DNA of 64,000 nucleotides from Macrostomum lignano (Eukaryota): NCBI GenBank assembly GCA_002269645.1, contig NIVC01001808.1, positions 1 to 64,000 of the forward strand, read 5' to 3'. Shown piece by piece: positions 20,607 to 33,744 of this stretch (position 1 is its first letter; each line of letters starts with the position of its first letter). The notes under the pieces were generated by a model. It saw only the letters and a program-made list of their open reading frames with translations, ran no database searches and was not told where the DNA came from. The position numbers and the translations under genes were made by a program.

Positions 20607-23600
20607 ATGCATCATAATTTGCCACTTGATTGTCCAATAAGAATTGTCAGCTTGAAAGTTACCGATGTTCGATTCCCAACTTCCGAAGGATCGCACGGTT
20701 CAGACGCAATTGTGAGTTCAATATTGGGTTTTGATGAACTGGTTCCGTTTGGGATTGTATGGACTTTCGGTTGGATTTCGTGCGCGTCTCATTAATTTGG
20801 AGCTCGTGTACGAAAATTAGCCTGGTGTTTGTCGTGTGATCTATGCCTATAAGGGCCGATCTTCAAGGTACAGAGTGCGCATCCCTGTGCGAGGTCAGCG
20901 CGATGAGCATGACTACTTGCCACCTCGCTAGCTGCAAGTGGACTGTTGCCTTGACATTTGAAACGCCCGAAATCCCCCAGAATTTTTGTCATTTACCGGT
21001 GCTTTTACTGTCTACCGGAGCTAATTACCTCGTTTGAAAGTAATCAGAAACTATCCTGCCTCGTGAGGTGCAACAAATGACCAAATTTGACTCTAACTAT
21101 TATTTTTCGAACCGAACAATTGGAATCTAGCACCCAGACCCTGACTATTCGGCAGCGTATGTTGAACTGACCACAAGTGAAGCCGGGCTTAAAGGCTGCG
21201 GCTCCGCCTTCACATTAGGCCGAGGTACTGAAGTCAGTAAGTATGAGTATGCTCTTCAGCTTTTAACTAGATCGTACACTGAAAATTGGTGGATGTAAGG
21301 AGGGCCTGGGAATGAGGTGGGAGGGGCAGAAGGGCAGGGAGTTAAGTGGGTCGATGAAAGGAGGGGCAGAGGGACAGGGAGTAAAGTGGGTGGAATAGAG
21401 GGGCAGAGGGACAGGGAGTGAGTTGGGTGGAAGGAGGGGCAGAGGGACAGGGAGTAAAGTGGGTGTGGAATAGAGAGGGTGCAGAGGGACAGGGAGTGAG
21501 GTGGGTGAATGGAGGGGCAGAGGGACAGGAAGTGAGGTGGGTGAATGGAGGGGCAGAGGGACAGGGAGTGAGATAGGTGAAATAAAGAGGCACAGAAGCG
21601 TGAACAAATCAAATACTAGTTTACGAGCCGTTTATTTGTTGCCCATGCAGTTGCGAAGAACATAGAATCCCTCAAGCATTATGTGGAGGACAAGAAGCTG
21701 GAATCGATTGTAAACAATTTTCGCAACTTCTATCATGCATTAGTTAACGATGGCCAAATGCGCTGGGTGAGTTCTAGCATCAAAAAAATTATTTAGACAA
21801 ATCTTAACTTTTCTAGAAACAGTAGTTGATAAATGAAAATTCCATTTCCAGCTAGGTCCGGAGAAGGGTGTGCTACACATGGCTTGCTCAGCTATTCTCA
21901 ATGCCATCTGGGATCTGTGGGCGAAGGTTGCTGGCAAGGTAAAGATTTCTTGAGCTCTTGTCTGCCATCCATTTTAGCTTTTGTCGATTCTTTCAGCTGC
22001 CATTTAATCAACTTCAGCCGGTTTGGAAGCTGCTGTCCGACATGAGACCGCAGCAGCTGGTAGACTTGATTGATTTCACCTACATGTGAGTCAGCTTTGG
22101 ATTGTTTGTGCCTGACGATTAGACAGTCAAAGGGCCACTGTACACCCTGTGTGAGCGTGTGCATGAGTGCATGCCTGCGTACAGTATTGGTGCGCTTGTG
22201 TGCGCTCAGGAGTCAGCGGAATGGGCTGAATTGCCTCAGCGCTGGTTCTAGGACCATGTCGCCGAAGGCACTGCAACAATAAACGCATTACTTGAATATG
22301 CACAGAGTTTAATGTTGCTTCGACACAGACTTTATACTAGTCTATAGTAGTCTCTATTACTGTACATCTGGCCTAAATGTACATCTGGCCTAAATTTACA
22401 TCTGGCCTAAATGTACATCTGGCCTAAATGTACATCTGGCCTAAATGTACATCTGGCCTAAATGTACATCTGGCCTAAATGTACATCTGGCCTAAATGTA
22501 CATCTGGCCTAAATGTACATATATGTTACGTTCGGAATTTTGGAATAATTTTAGCACACAGTAAGCATTCAAGCCCGTAGTTTACTACATTTATACATTT
22601 CTATTTCAGAAGCGACTACCTGACTCCTGATGAAGCTCTGCAGATTCTGGCCGAAGATGGAAAGGAGAATGATAGAGGTCTGCAATGTACAGCCATCATA
22701 CTGTTTGCAATAGTCCCTAGAGTAGCTACCAATCCTACACAGTACACTCGATTAAGAGTGATTCTTGGTTGTCATAGCAACCGCCGTTTATGTTTCCAGA
22801 AGGCTACTTAAACGCGAATGGCTATCCGGCGTATACAACCTCTGCTGGATGGCTGGGCTATTCGGAGCAGACCATCAGAGAGGTTGGCGGTCCTGTGCCT
22901 GTCTGTGCCTTTATCGAAATCTCAAGTAATGAAAAACTCTGAAACCAAAATCTCAAGGGTGTGTGTGTGTCAGTGTGTGTGTGAGAGAGAGATTCTGACA
23001 TTCTGAGATCGAAATCTCAGGGTGAGAGAGAGATTCTGAGATTCTGAGATCAGAATCTCATGATGAGACGGATTCTGTGATTCTGAGACCAAAATCTCAA
23101 GGGTGAGAGAGGGATTATGAGATTCTAAAATCGAAATCTCAAGAGTGAGAAAGAGATTCTGAGATTCTGAGATCAAAATCTCAAGGTTGGGACAGAAATT
23201 TTGAGATCAAAATCTCAAGGGTAAGAGAGAGATTCTTAGCTTCTGAGATCAAAATCTTAAGGGTGAGACAGAGATTCTGAGATCGAAATCTCAGGGGTGA
23301 GAGAGAGAGATTCTGAGATTCTGAGATCGAAATCTCAAGAGTGAGAGAGATTCTGAGATCAAAATCTCAGGAGTGAGACAGAGCTTCTGAGATTCTGAGA
23401 TCGAAATTTCAAGAGTGAGAGAGAGATTCTGAGATCAAAATCTCAGGGGTGAGAGAGAGATTTTGAGATTCTGACATTAGAATCTCAAGGGTAAGAAGTC
23501 CCTAGATTCTGAGATGGAAATCCCGAATCTACCTGAAAGAGGATGAAATCCATAACAAATTTCAGCAACACGCTCTCCTCAGTTCCCAGGGATTTGACAA

Positions 23601-26600
23601 ATTCAAGGTGAAGGTTGGCCAGAATCTGGAGAGCGACAGGGCGCGCCTGCGCCTGCTGAGAGAGCTCTGCGGCCCGCAGGGAGTCCTGGTAAGTGGAGAA
23701 ACTCGCTTGTGTATGACGGGCAATTGTTGCAATCCAGCATGTGCACTGAAGGTGTCTCTATGGAAAAGTCATTGGCTCAACAATGCTTATCTATTAAGCT
23801 TTTCTTTCTGCTTATCTGACTAATACAGTTGTGAGCGCGGTGAGATCCCGCCCAAAACATGGGCTTGTCAATAGAAGTCCCATCGCATGGAGAAGAGTAC
23901 AGGTAGTTGTAGAGCGTCGGACTCACGACTAGAAGGTCGGGGGTTCGATTGTCGACCCACTCGGAACAATTTGTGTCCTTTTGAGCAAGACACTTAAATC
24001 TGCATTTCTTCAGTTCACCCAGCTGTAAAATGGGTGCCAGCATTAGCTGGGGTAATTGAGGGTGTGTGGCGACCCCCAGTCCTTGGACTGAACAGCCGTA
24101 AGCAGCCTTCATTAGGGCAGGTGTAATCAATTAATTTCCTTATTATTATAAAGCACTGGAATAGAATAATGACTATCAGGAGCGACAAAAGAAATTCAAA
24201 CTCTGGATTCCTTCTTGACGTGCTATGGGATAATATTTTACTAACCAAATTGGTGAATGGGTTGCGAGGGGTCATTGATCCATGGCCATGTAGTTTTTAG
24301 TTTGTGAAGTTTCCTACCTCTCCTCTATCCCCTTTCTCCCCTTTCCCCTCTCTCTCCACTCTCTAATCTCTCTCACCTCCCTAATCTCTCTCCCATCTCT
24401 AATCTCTCTCCCCTCTCTAATCTCTTTCACATCTTTAATCTCTCTCCCCTCTTTAATCTCTCTCCCCTCTCATATCTCTCCACTCTCTAATCTCTCTCCC
24501 ATCTATAATCTCTCTCCCCTCTCTAATCTCTCTCCCATCTCTAATCTCTCTCCACTCTCTAATCTCTCTCCCCTCTCATATCTCTCCACTCTCTAATCTC
24601 TCTCCCATCTATAATCTCTCTCCCCTCTTTAATCTCTCTCCCCTCTCTAATCTCTCTCCCCTCTCTAATCTCTCTCCCATATCTAATCTCTCTCCCCTCT
24701 CTAATCTCTCTCCCCTCTCTAATCTCTCTCCTCTCTCTAATCTCTTTCCCATCTCTAATCTCTCTCCCCTCTCTAATCTCTTATCTCTAATCTTCTTAGC
24801 CGCTGAATCGAGCATCGAGCAAACAGAACCAGTCAAAAGAAAAGCACAGATTGAGTCCAACCCAACCCCCCCCACCAACCAGATGACGGACGCCAACCAG
24901 CGCTGGTCGGTGCCGGAGGCCGTCGCCTGGATGCGCCAGCTGGCCGAGTTCCAGCCCTACTGGATCGAGGAGCCAACCAGCCCGGACGATATGCTGGGCC
25001 ATCGGGCTGTACGCGATGCCCTGCAACCGCTCGGGGTGCGCGTAGCAACCGGAGAGATGTGCCAGAACAAAGTTCTGTTCAAGCAGTTCTTCCAGGCCGC
25101 AGCGTTGGACGTCTGCCAGATTGACGCCTGCAGGCTGGCCAGCGTCAACGAAGTGCTGCCGGTGCTGCTGATGGCGGCCAAGGCTGGTGGTGAGTCTCCA
25201 CCAGTAGAGACCCAAGGCATCTTTTCCTTTGTCGCTTCATTTTTATTTGTCTTGTAGTGAGAGGCGCCATTTCAGTTGAGTGACGCGTCTTGTAGTTGTG
25301 GAGACGTCATTTCAGTTGAGTGACGCGTCTTGTAGTTGTGGAGACGTCATTTCATTTGAGTGACGCGTCTTGTAGTTGTGGAGACGTCATTTCAGTTGAG
25401 TGACGCGTCTTGTAGTTGTGGAGACGTCATTTCAGTTGAGTGACGCATCTTGTAGTTGTGGAGACGTCATTTCAGTTGAGTGACGCGTCTTGTAGTTGTG
25501 GAGACGTCATTTCATTTGAGTGACGCGTCTTGTAGTTGTGGAGACGTCATTTCAGTTGAGTGACGCGTCTTGTAGTTGTGGAGACGTCATTTCAGTTGAG
25601 TGACGCATCTTGTAGTTGTGGAGACGTCATTTCAGTTGAGTGACGCGTCTTGTAGTTGTGGAGACGTCATTTCATTTGAGTAACGCATCTTGTAGTTGTG
25701 GAGGTGGCGCCATTTCATTTGAGTGACGCGTCTTGTAGTTGTGGAGACGTCATTTCATTTGAGTGACGCGTCTTGTAGTTGTGGAGACGTCATTTCAGTT
25801 GAGTGACGCATCTTGTAGTTGTGGAGACGTCATTTCAGTTGAGTGACGCATCTTGTAGTTGTGGAGACGTCATTTCAGTTGAGTGACGCGTCTTGTAGTT
25901 GTGGAGACGTCATTTCATTTGAGTGACGCATCTTGTAGTTGTGGAGGTGGCGCCATTTCATTTGAGTGACGCGTCTTGTAGTTGTGGAGACGTCATTTCA
26001 TTTGAGTGACGCGTCTTGTAGTTGTGGAGACGTCATTTCTTTTGAGTGAAGCGTCCTGTACTTGTGGAAGTGGCGCCATTTCATTTGAGTGACGCGTCTT
26101 GTAGTTGTGGAGGTGGCGCCATTTCATTTGAGTGACGCGTCTTGTAGTTGTGGAGACGGCGCCATTTCAGTTGAGTGACGCGTCTTGTAGTTGTGGAGAC
26201 GTCATTTCAGTTGAGTGACGCGTCTTGTAGTTGTGGAGACGTCATTTCAGTTGAGTGACGCGTCTTGTAGTTGTGGAGACGTCATTTCAGTTGAGTGACG
26301 CGTCTTGTAGTTGTGGAGACGTCATTTCAGTTGAGTGACGCGTCTTGTAGTTGTGGAGGCGCCGTTTCATTTGAGTTCCAATTCCATTCCAATTTGCAGT
26401 CCCAGTGTGCCCGCACGCTGGCGGCCTGGGGCTGTGCGAGTACGTGCAGCACTACATCATGTTCGACTACATCCGGGTCAGCAGGAGTCTGCAGGACAGG
26501 TTAGTTGGCTTCAAGCTGCTGTCATAATCTAGCTAGATAGACGTGACGAAAACTTACAATAGTTGCTATGCCCAATTACAGAATGTGCGAGTACTCGTCA

Positions 26601-27057
26601 CACCTACATGAGCACTTTGTGCACCCGGTTCAAATGAGGAATGGAGCATACCTACCGCCTGAGGCGAGTGCGATGCTGGTTGGGGAATCTATCCATTGAC
26701 CCTGCATCTCACCTAGGGAATCTATAGATTGACCCTGCATCTCACCCAGAGTATCGATCCAACACCCTGAAACTCCCTTAAAGAATCTATCCACTGACCC
26801 TGCATCTCTCTAAAGAATCTATTCATTGACCCTGCAACTCTAAAGAATCTATCCATTGACTCTGCATCTCACCTAAAATATACCAGTGACCCTGCATCTC
26901 TAACCTATAGGATCCATCTAGTAACCCTGCATCTCATCTACAATGCAAATAATAACTGCATCTAGAAATTATTCAGCGTGGTATGAAATTTCAGGACGCA
27001 GGCTTCAACACCGAAATGCTGGCCACCTCGGTTGAGCAGGCAGAATTCAAGAAGTGA
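20607..27057 (+). CDS. ENOSF1: Mitochondrial enolase superfamily member 1 / L-fuconate dehydratase. Exons 20607-20711, 21131-21236, 21651-21766, 21852-21938, 22018-22085, 22610-22677, 22800-22882, 23566-23688, 24883-25189, 26400-26499, 26582-26663, 26995-27057 (435 aa)
   Basis: DVRFPTS..HGSDA|[80 protein letters not shown]. All splice phases are compatible. Confidence 0.96.
21290..21590. repeat. ~36-bp purine-rich minisatellite in ENOSF1 intron 2
   Basis: GAGGGGCAGAGGGACAGGGAGTRAGGTGGGTGAATG-like units. Confidence 0.85.
22366..22519. repeat. 17-bp minisatellite (ATGTACATCTGGCCTAA)n in an ENOSF1 intron
   Basis: About 9 copies by direct reading. Confidence 0.93.
22930..23520. repeat. Degenerate ~40-50-bp minisatellite (GAGATTCTGAGATCAAAATCTCAAGGGTGAGAGA) in an ENOSF1 intron
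   Basis: Direct reading. Confidence 0.85.
23895..24135 (+). mobile_element. tRNA-derived SINE with a conserved central domain (Deu/Nin/Meta-type), in an ENOSF1 intron
   Basis: tRNA-like head with B box GGTTCGATT (23942-23950), then GTGTCCTTTTGAGCAAGACACTT..CACCCAGCTGTAAAATGGGTGCC. Confidence 0.65.
24335..24790. repeat. CT-rich ~20-bp minisatellite (CTCTCTAATCTCTCTCCC)
   Basis: Direct reading; runs up toward the acceptor at 24882. Confidence 0.88.
25258..26372. repeat. 40-bp minisatellite (GTGACGCGTCTTGTAGTTGTGGAGACGTCATTTCAGTTGA)n with 43-bp variants
   Basis: About 27 copies filling the ENOSF1 intron 25190-26399. Confidence 0.95.
26690..26945. repeat. Degenerate ~33-bp repeat (ATCTATCCATTGACCCTGCATCTCACC) inside the GC-AG intron
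   Basis: Direct reading. Confidence 0.75.
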
Positions 27058-27714
27058 GCACTTAGTGGTGACCAGCATGACCCGGAGCGGCTACATCTGA
27101 CCATTGAACATGACTCACTGACTAGTTTAATTGATATCAATACTCGTAGGACTAATTAAAACAAATAAACGGTGGAAAATTAAAACTCGCTCGCAATAGA
27201 AAAATAAAATCTCTGTGAAGCAGAAAAACAGCTGAATAATAATATACTACTCAGCATACTACTGGTTCGTCTATGTACTCAAACTTTATAGTTCCATGTT
27301 CCAAGCGGTCATTACCAAAGCACCTGCTACCTTAGTGGGGAGATGAAAAAACACAGGTTTTTTTTGCGATGAAAAGGCCTTTTGTCCGTCTGAAAGAGTT
27401 TGTCTGTTATTTAGGACAGGTTTTCTGTTTCAGCTAAAAGCACTCTCATTTTTTGTTCTGTACGATATTGTACAGATTATTAGCAAGACTGTCTTCATCT
27501 CTTCGTTCAAAATTGTTTTATAATACAATAGAAACTTCTCGGCCGAAACCCGCCATAGAATAAAACTGTCTCTGCGACTGGGCGCTTGTCGAAAAGGCAG
27601 AGAAGGTGAGCTTCATCACAGAATATGTTTTAAGCCTACTGGCAGACAACAGAAAGAAAAAGGAAATTTCCTGCCTGCTGGTCTTCACCTGTCTTCCCCG
27701 TCGCAAAAGAAGCC

Positions 27715-29102
27715 ATGGGCAACTCGAAGAGTTCACTAAAAGAGAAGAATTTTGCGGACGCGATGCGATTCGTTTCCCGGCTCGGCGAGGTCAAGGACTA
27801 CGCTGAAGATGTCATTGTAGTGGAGGCTACACTCGGCGAACAGAACAGATATTCCAATATAAAATTCGTCTTATTTCTAAAAAATGCCGCTGGAGAAGCA
27901 AAAAAGCTTTTGACAAAGGTGCAGACTGCACTCGACACAGAAGGAGTTCAAGTAGCCGACCTGATGAAAGACTTTAATGGAAGAAGACCCAATTTTCAAA
28001 GGCTTGCTGACTGTCTAGAGAAAAAAACTAGACGTTGTTTCAGTCTTTATTCTGATTTGAAAGAATTAAAAGCTCAAGTTTCAAGTGCGCACGGGGAAAT
28101 TCGTGCACTCTTGGAGGAGATCAACTCGGCATCCGAGGAGAGTTCCGCAGGTGGTAGACAAGAGCTGCTGCAAGCAATGGCAAGCATCTCTAAAATCAAG
28201 AGCGAATCGTCTGAACTGCCCAAGCTGGAACTCGGTGCGAAGAGAGTCAACTTTCTTAGCAAAGGAATCGTGAGTATTTACGTCAGTCTGATGTGGCGGT
28301 ACAGATGCCAACAAGAGAAGCTGGGCAATGAAAGCATTGGGAATATAAATTTCTTGCGCGATGCCTGCGCCCTTGCGACGCTAACATCGGCGGATCAGGC
28401 TGAGCTGGACAGACGGTCCGCCATCATCAGGGACAAGTGCTTCCGGATTGCTAAATTGCTGGGGCAATTCGAGAGTATTGCCGATGATGCCAACGAGCTA
28501 AAAGGCTACGCCAAGCGCATGGCCTCGGCTGCTCCGTCAGAAAAGCTCATCAAAAAGGTGAAAAAAGAGTTGGAAACATTCCAAAAGAAGTCCAGTGAGC
28601 GCAGGAAAAAACAGAACCAGAGTTCGAAGAGAGCCCTCAGCAATTCTCTAAAAAAGCTCACTGAGAGAATCGATTGCTTCCAAACAGAGCACAGCAATTT
28701 TCTAGCGAAGGCTAAGGCGTTGATGGACCACGTTGGATTTGTTTGCAAGACTGAAATTGAAAGACAAGTAAATCGCATAGAGGAGCAATTCCTATGCGAT
28801 TCCTCTATAGTTTGCGCGTAATTCGAGAATTACGCGCAAACGATGGTGAGCAGAGAGGCTTCCGAATCGGTATGAATTTTATTAACTACCAGCCTGCAAG
28901 TGACTTCCAAAAGCAGTTGAAGACTCTAAAGAAGCAAAAAACGGATTGTGAGGAAGCCAGAGACCTGTGCGAGAACTGCAAGAGTTCTATTGCACAGGTG
29001 ATGGCAACTTCTCAGGGCACGTGCGATGAAGCTATGAAAGTTTTGAACGACTACAAACGTTTGCTCGAAGTGTCTGATGAAGACCGCGAAACCTCCGTGT
29101 AA
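27715..29102 (+). CDS. Intronless helical/coiled-coil protein of unknown function with an N-myristoylation motif; 368 aa ORF plus an overlapping 102 aa ORF, probably one frameshifted gene
   Basis: MGNSKS fits MGxxxS. Long heptad-rich K/E sequence. The second ORF (28794-29102) overlaps the end of the first in another frame and continues the same composition. Confidence 0.6.
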
Positions 29103-29466
29103 AAGATGGAAACTTTGATGGAATTTGGCATAAGCTATGCTTCGCTTCGGTTTTGACACAAGCTGTATACATGCTTATCTGATTTTAAATATTAAGCTCG
29201 CTGATTATTTTCTTGCTATAATTGCTTCCACTCAGAAGTTTTCAAGAAAAATCCACAGTTGTAGCTCCTAACCTCTTATTAATTATTGATCGTGTTGATC
29301 GTAGCGCGGAAAGATTCGGCACCTAATTAAGACGCAAGTTCGAGTTTATTCTAACGCTTTCTACGAGTAATTAAAGTGAATTTTAATAATTTTTCTACAT
29401 TTTTTCGTTACTGCTTTTTCCATTCATTCAGGAACAGTGTTTATCAGTCTGGTGGTAAAAATTACA

Positions 29467-29746
29467 TACTCAGCAACACTAAAAAGTCGCCACTCTATGT
29501 GCCAGTGGATCAATTTCTCTTGGACTATTAATTATGAACTAAAAGATACGAGAAAACTGATCGGGGTAGCTTTAATCCGTCCAACCCTCGCACATCCCCC
29601 ACTTCATTCCTCAACTCAAGTCTGCCGCTTGGCGTAGCGAAGCTGCGTCACTCGCAAAAGATTGAGAGACTTACTACCTGCACTCTCAAAAGTGGCGACC
29701 ACAGCCGGAATCTTCTGTGATGGCGACTTTTCAATGTTGCTGAGTA
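29467..29746. mobile_element. MITE with ~27-bp imperfect TIRs flanked by TA
   Basis: TACTCAGCAACACTAAAAAGTCGCCAC versus the reverse complement of ATGGCGACTTTTCAATGTTGCTGAGTA. Confidence 0.75.
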
Positions 29747-30740
29747 CAGTTTGTATAAGTTTAAGTTTATATTTGATTGGTTTTTTACTCGCATCACTTT
29801 TTATTCAAGCGAACTTGTATATATAAAGTTTAACAAACTGACTGTATCTGATCACATATTTTCATACTCTCCCTGTAAAATACGATAAAGATTTCATATT
29901 CATTGTGCTAAGAAATGAGAATGTAGGAGATTTTTTACGTTGTCAGCTTGGATTGAATATAAAAAAATGTACGTACATAATACGATTTCCAAGACATCGT
30001 TTCCATTTTCGCGATTTTATGATCAGTAATGTACGCAAAAATGGCCTCAGTCTGAGAGCTTGAACGAGAAGGACGTTTTAACCCAGTTGGTGTTGGTAAC
30101 TTGTAAGCAGGTCTTTATAGAGTAAAACTTAGCAATCTTCGACATATTGTTGGGAGGCAACAAAGGAAAACTATTTTTTGAATATGCAATACACGTATAA
30201 AGCATTGTACTCGTAGCTTTCTTCATTTCAATATTTCAGAACATGAGCCCTGAAGGCTTGCATATCTTGCATAAGATATCAGCATCTCTTGATTCCAATT
30301 GGCATCCTTAGCAACTCTTCCTTGAGCCAATTGGCATCTCAGCAACTTCTCATTTAGCCAATTGGCATCTCAGCAACTCCTCAGTGAGCCATGGCATCTC
30401 AGCAATCATTGAGTCTGTTTCTACTAGCACTACTATTCATGAAGTTTTATAAATAACATCTGGAGTGGAAGCTCAGCAAGGGTTTTTAGCTATAAATTCT
30501 ATTAGCACCAGAATCTACGGATCAGAGTATATATTTATTGCCTTTATAAAACATAATACGATAATTGACACTGGGATTACTTTTCACATACGGAGCGACC
30601 ATGTAGTAATGAACAATATGTACTATAGATTTCAAAAAATAGTTCATAAAAACAATAATTAGCTGCCACAATTACTCTTATTTAAATTTAACGACTCTAA
30701 TTTGCAAGCAATCAGCGGTTATAAAATGAAAGCCGATTAG

Positions 30741-33535
30741 CTAGCCGGGGCAGTCTTGCACAGCCGCGGCCGCTGCAGAGAACAGCCAGTTGAACTCCGC
30801 CTGGTCAGACGACCACAGATAGATGAGGTGGTCCAGACCGAATGACACCAGGCCGGCCTCGCTGCCGCAGTCCAGCAGGGCTCGAACTCCGGTCGTGTGG
30901 CCGTACAGCTCGCCAGCCAGCTCGCTGGAGGCCCTGCCGCTGCCGGCCGGGTCGCCTGCAGAGACGGCGGCCGCGGCCGCGGCAGCCAGGGAGGCCACGG
31001 CTGTTGAGCTGACGCCGGCCGCTTCGAAGCCGCGCAGGTGCCACAGCCGGATGCTGGCGTCCTCGCCTGCGGTGGCCACAGTCAGCTGACCGGATGGCGA
31101 AGTCAGTACCAGCAGGTCCGACACCTGCGACATTTGAGTGATGAGGGCGATTCTCAGGCTCCCTGTGAGACTGATGGGGCGATTCTCAGGCTCCCTGTGA
31201 GATTGATGGGGCGATTCTCAGGCTCCCTGTGAGATTGATGGGGCGATTCTCAGGCTCCCTGTGAGATTGATGAAGTGGCGATTCTCAGGCTCCCTGTGAG
31301 ATTGATGAAGTGGCGATTCTCAGGCTCCCTGTGAGATTGATGAAGTGGCGATTCTCAGGCTCCCTGTGTGATTGATGAAGTGGCGATTCTCAGGCTCCCT
31401 GTGAGACTGATGGGGCGATTCTCAGGCTCCCGGTGAGATTGATGGGGCGATTCTCAGGCTCCCTGTGAGATTGATGGGGCGATTCTAAGGCTCCCTGTGA
31501 GATTGATGGGGCGATTCTCAGGCTCCCTGTGAGATTGATGGGGCGATTCTCAGGCTCCCTGTGAGATTGATGGGGCGATTCTCAGGCTCCCTGTGAGATT
31601 GATGGGGCGATTCTCAGGCTCCCTGTGTGATTGACGGGGCCATTCTCAAGCTCCCTGTGAGATTGATGAAGTGGCGATTCTCAGGCTCCCTGTGAGATTG
31701 ATGAAGTGGCGATTCTCAAGCTCCCTGTGAGATTGATGAAGTGGCGATTCTCAGGCTCCCTGTGTGATTGATGAAGTGGCGATTCTTAGGCTCCCTGTGA
31801 GATTGATGAAGTGGCAATTCTCAGGCTCCCTTAGAATGTATCTCACATACCTTAGCCCTGTGCGCCGCCAGCTCGGCCACCACAGTCCTGCCGGTCACCA
31901 GATCGAACACCGCAAAGCCGTAGCCCACACCGGCCAGCAAGTAGCGGTCGCCCAGCCTGCGGAGGGCGCAGACTGAATGCGGGAATTTCCTCTGCTCGCC
32001 TTCGTAATCAGCGTGCCGATTAAAGCGGGCCAGCCGTTCCAGGCGGGACACCGCGCCGGAGCCGACGGTCGCGGCCGACCACAGCACGACTTCGCCGTCT
32101 AGGGAGGCGCTAGCGAACAGCAACTGCTGCTGCTTCTCCTGCTCGACTCCGATGCCACCAACCAGAGCAGTGACGGCGCACCGGTGGCTGTCAGCCGAGT
32201 TGCATACGTGAGCCAGCGGGCCGCCCCCGCCGCCGCCGCCGCCGCCGACGCGAAACAATCGCAGGTGCCGATCGTAGGCCGCGGCCAGGTGTCGCCGGCC
32301 CACCGCCGCCAGGTGCGTGACGCACTCGCCGCCGAACAGGCCGCTGTCCAGCTCGGCCAGCTCGGCACCGTCCGTCAGGCCGAACGCGTAGAGGCCTTCG
32401 CCAGCGGCCAGGAGGCAGTCGCCCAATACCAGCAGCTTCTGAACTCGGGCCTGACAGCGCCAAGACAGCAGCGGCTGCGAGTTGGACAGGCTGTGCAGCA
32501 GGACCCGGTACTGGTAGCTCGGGTCCAGGCCGGACGAGGCCAGCTGGCTGGCGGGGTGGGCGACAAGTAGATAGGGTGGGTCACAGGTCAGGGTTGGTAG
32601 GTCACAGGCCAGGGTTGTTGGGTCACGGGTTAGGGTTGGTGGGTCACAGGTCAGGGTTGGTGGGTCACAGGTCAGGGTTGGTGGGTCACGGGTTAGGGTT
32701 CGTAGGTCACAGGTCAGGGTTGTTGGGTCACGGGTTAGGGTTGGTGGGTCACGGGTTAGGGTTGATGGGTCACGGGTTAGGTCGGTGGGTCACGGTTTAG
32801 GGTCGGTGGGTCACGGGTAAGGGTTCGTGGGTCACGGGTAAGGGTTCGTGGGTCACGGGTCAGGGTTCGTGGGTCAATAGGGTTAAATGGGTTAAGGGTA
32901 AAATGGATCAAGGGTTAAATGGGTCAAGGGGAAAATGCTCAAAGGTAAAATTAGTCAAGGGTTAAAAAAAGTCAAGGGTTAGGATTAAAGGGTTAAATGC
33001 AAGGGTTAATGAATCAGAGTCAGGATCAAGGTTAATTAGCCGAGGGCGAATGTCATGTGGGTCAGAATAATGAGTCTGTGAGTCGCGGATTAATGAGTCA
33101 TAGGTGTAATAACCCCTATAGAACTAACCCCGCCGGCTCGTGAGCTACGCAGGCCACCACTCGGCCAGTGTGTCCGGACAGGCGCTGGACAACCCGCCTG
33201 GATGCCAGACTCCAGACGCAGATGTCCGGCTCGTCTGCCCAGCTGATGATGAGCTGGCCGAGCTGCTCAGTTGGATCAGTACAGCGTAGAACTCCCTGCG
33301 GTGTTGGCGAAGGTTGTTTTGGGTGGCTGAAGTTTCAGCCCAAAATAGATGCGATACGGCCTACTTACTATAGTAGGCAAGTAGCGGATTTTGACACTTA
33401 AGAGTGCGCTAGGGTGCACACAGCTTCAACTATACCCACCTTAACGCTAGTCGAATGACCCTCTAGCAAAGTCAGGCTGCCAAACAGTCGCTGATCCGGA
33501 CTGCTAGCCGGCCAATTGGCCGAGGAATGCGACAT
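30741..33535 (-). CDS. WDR41: WD40-repeat protein, WDR41-like. Exons 33535-33440, 33295-33129, 32547-31851, 31124-30741
   Basis: LTLLEGHSTSVK..ICVWSL..LSGHTGRV..LLAGVGYGFAVFDL..AHRAKV..TAGEDASIRLWHL..ELAGELYGHTTGV..LVSFGLDHLIYLWS parallels WDR41 block by block. Phases are compatible. Confidence 0.8.
31142..31830. repeat. 32/35-bp minisatellite (CTCCCTGTGAGATTGATG(AAGT)GGCGATTCTCAGG) in a WDR41 intron
   Basis: Direct reading. Confidence 0.93.
32578..32875. repeat. 21-bp G-rich minisatellite (GGGTCACRGGTYAGGGTTGGT) in a WDR41 intron
   Basis: Direct reading. Confidence 0.88.
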
Positions 33536-33744
33536 GCTCTGAGCGTCCTTGATGCTCAGCGGCCACCCAAAAGGGAGAGAATCCTGCGAAACCAGAGTTG
33601 GCTTTTTGTTGGCTGTCTGAAAATTTATTAGGAATATTAAATCATTATTCATTAATCATTTCGCCTTTATGACTTCTACTAACTTCTACTAACTAATATC
33701 CTTAATGTGATAAGTTTATATACTAATGCAAGTAACATCACTAG

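Noticed and set aside
25258-26372. Regular 29-40-bp repeats (also 33745-34490 and 60390-61310) resembling CRISPR arrays
   Set aside because: Units are head-to-tail with no unique spacers, lie in spliceosomal introns or spacers, and there are no cas genes.
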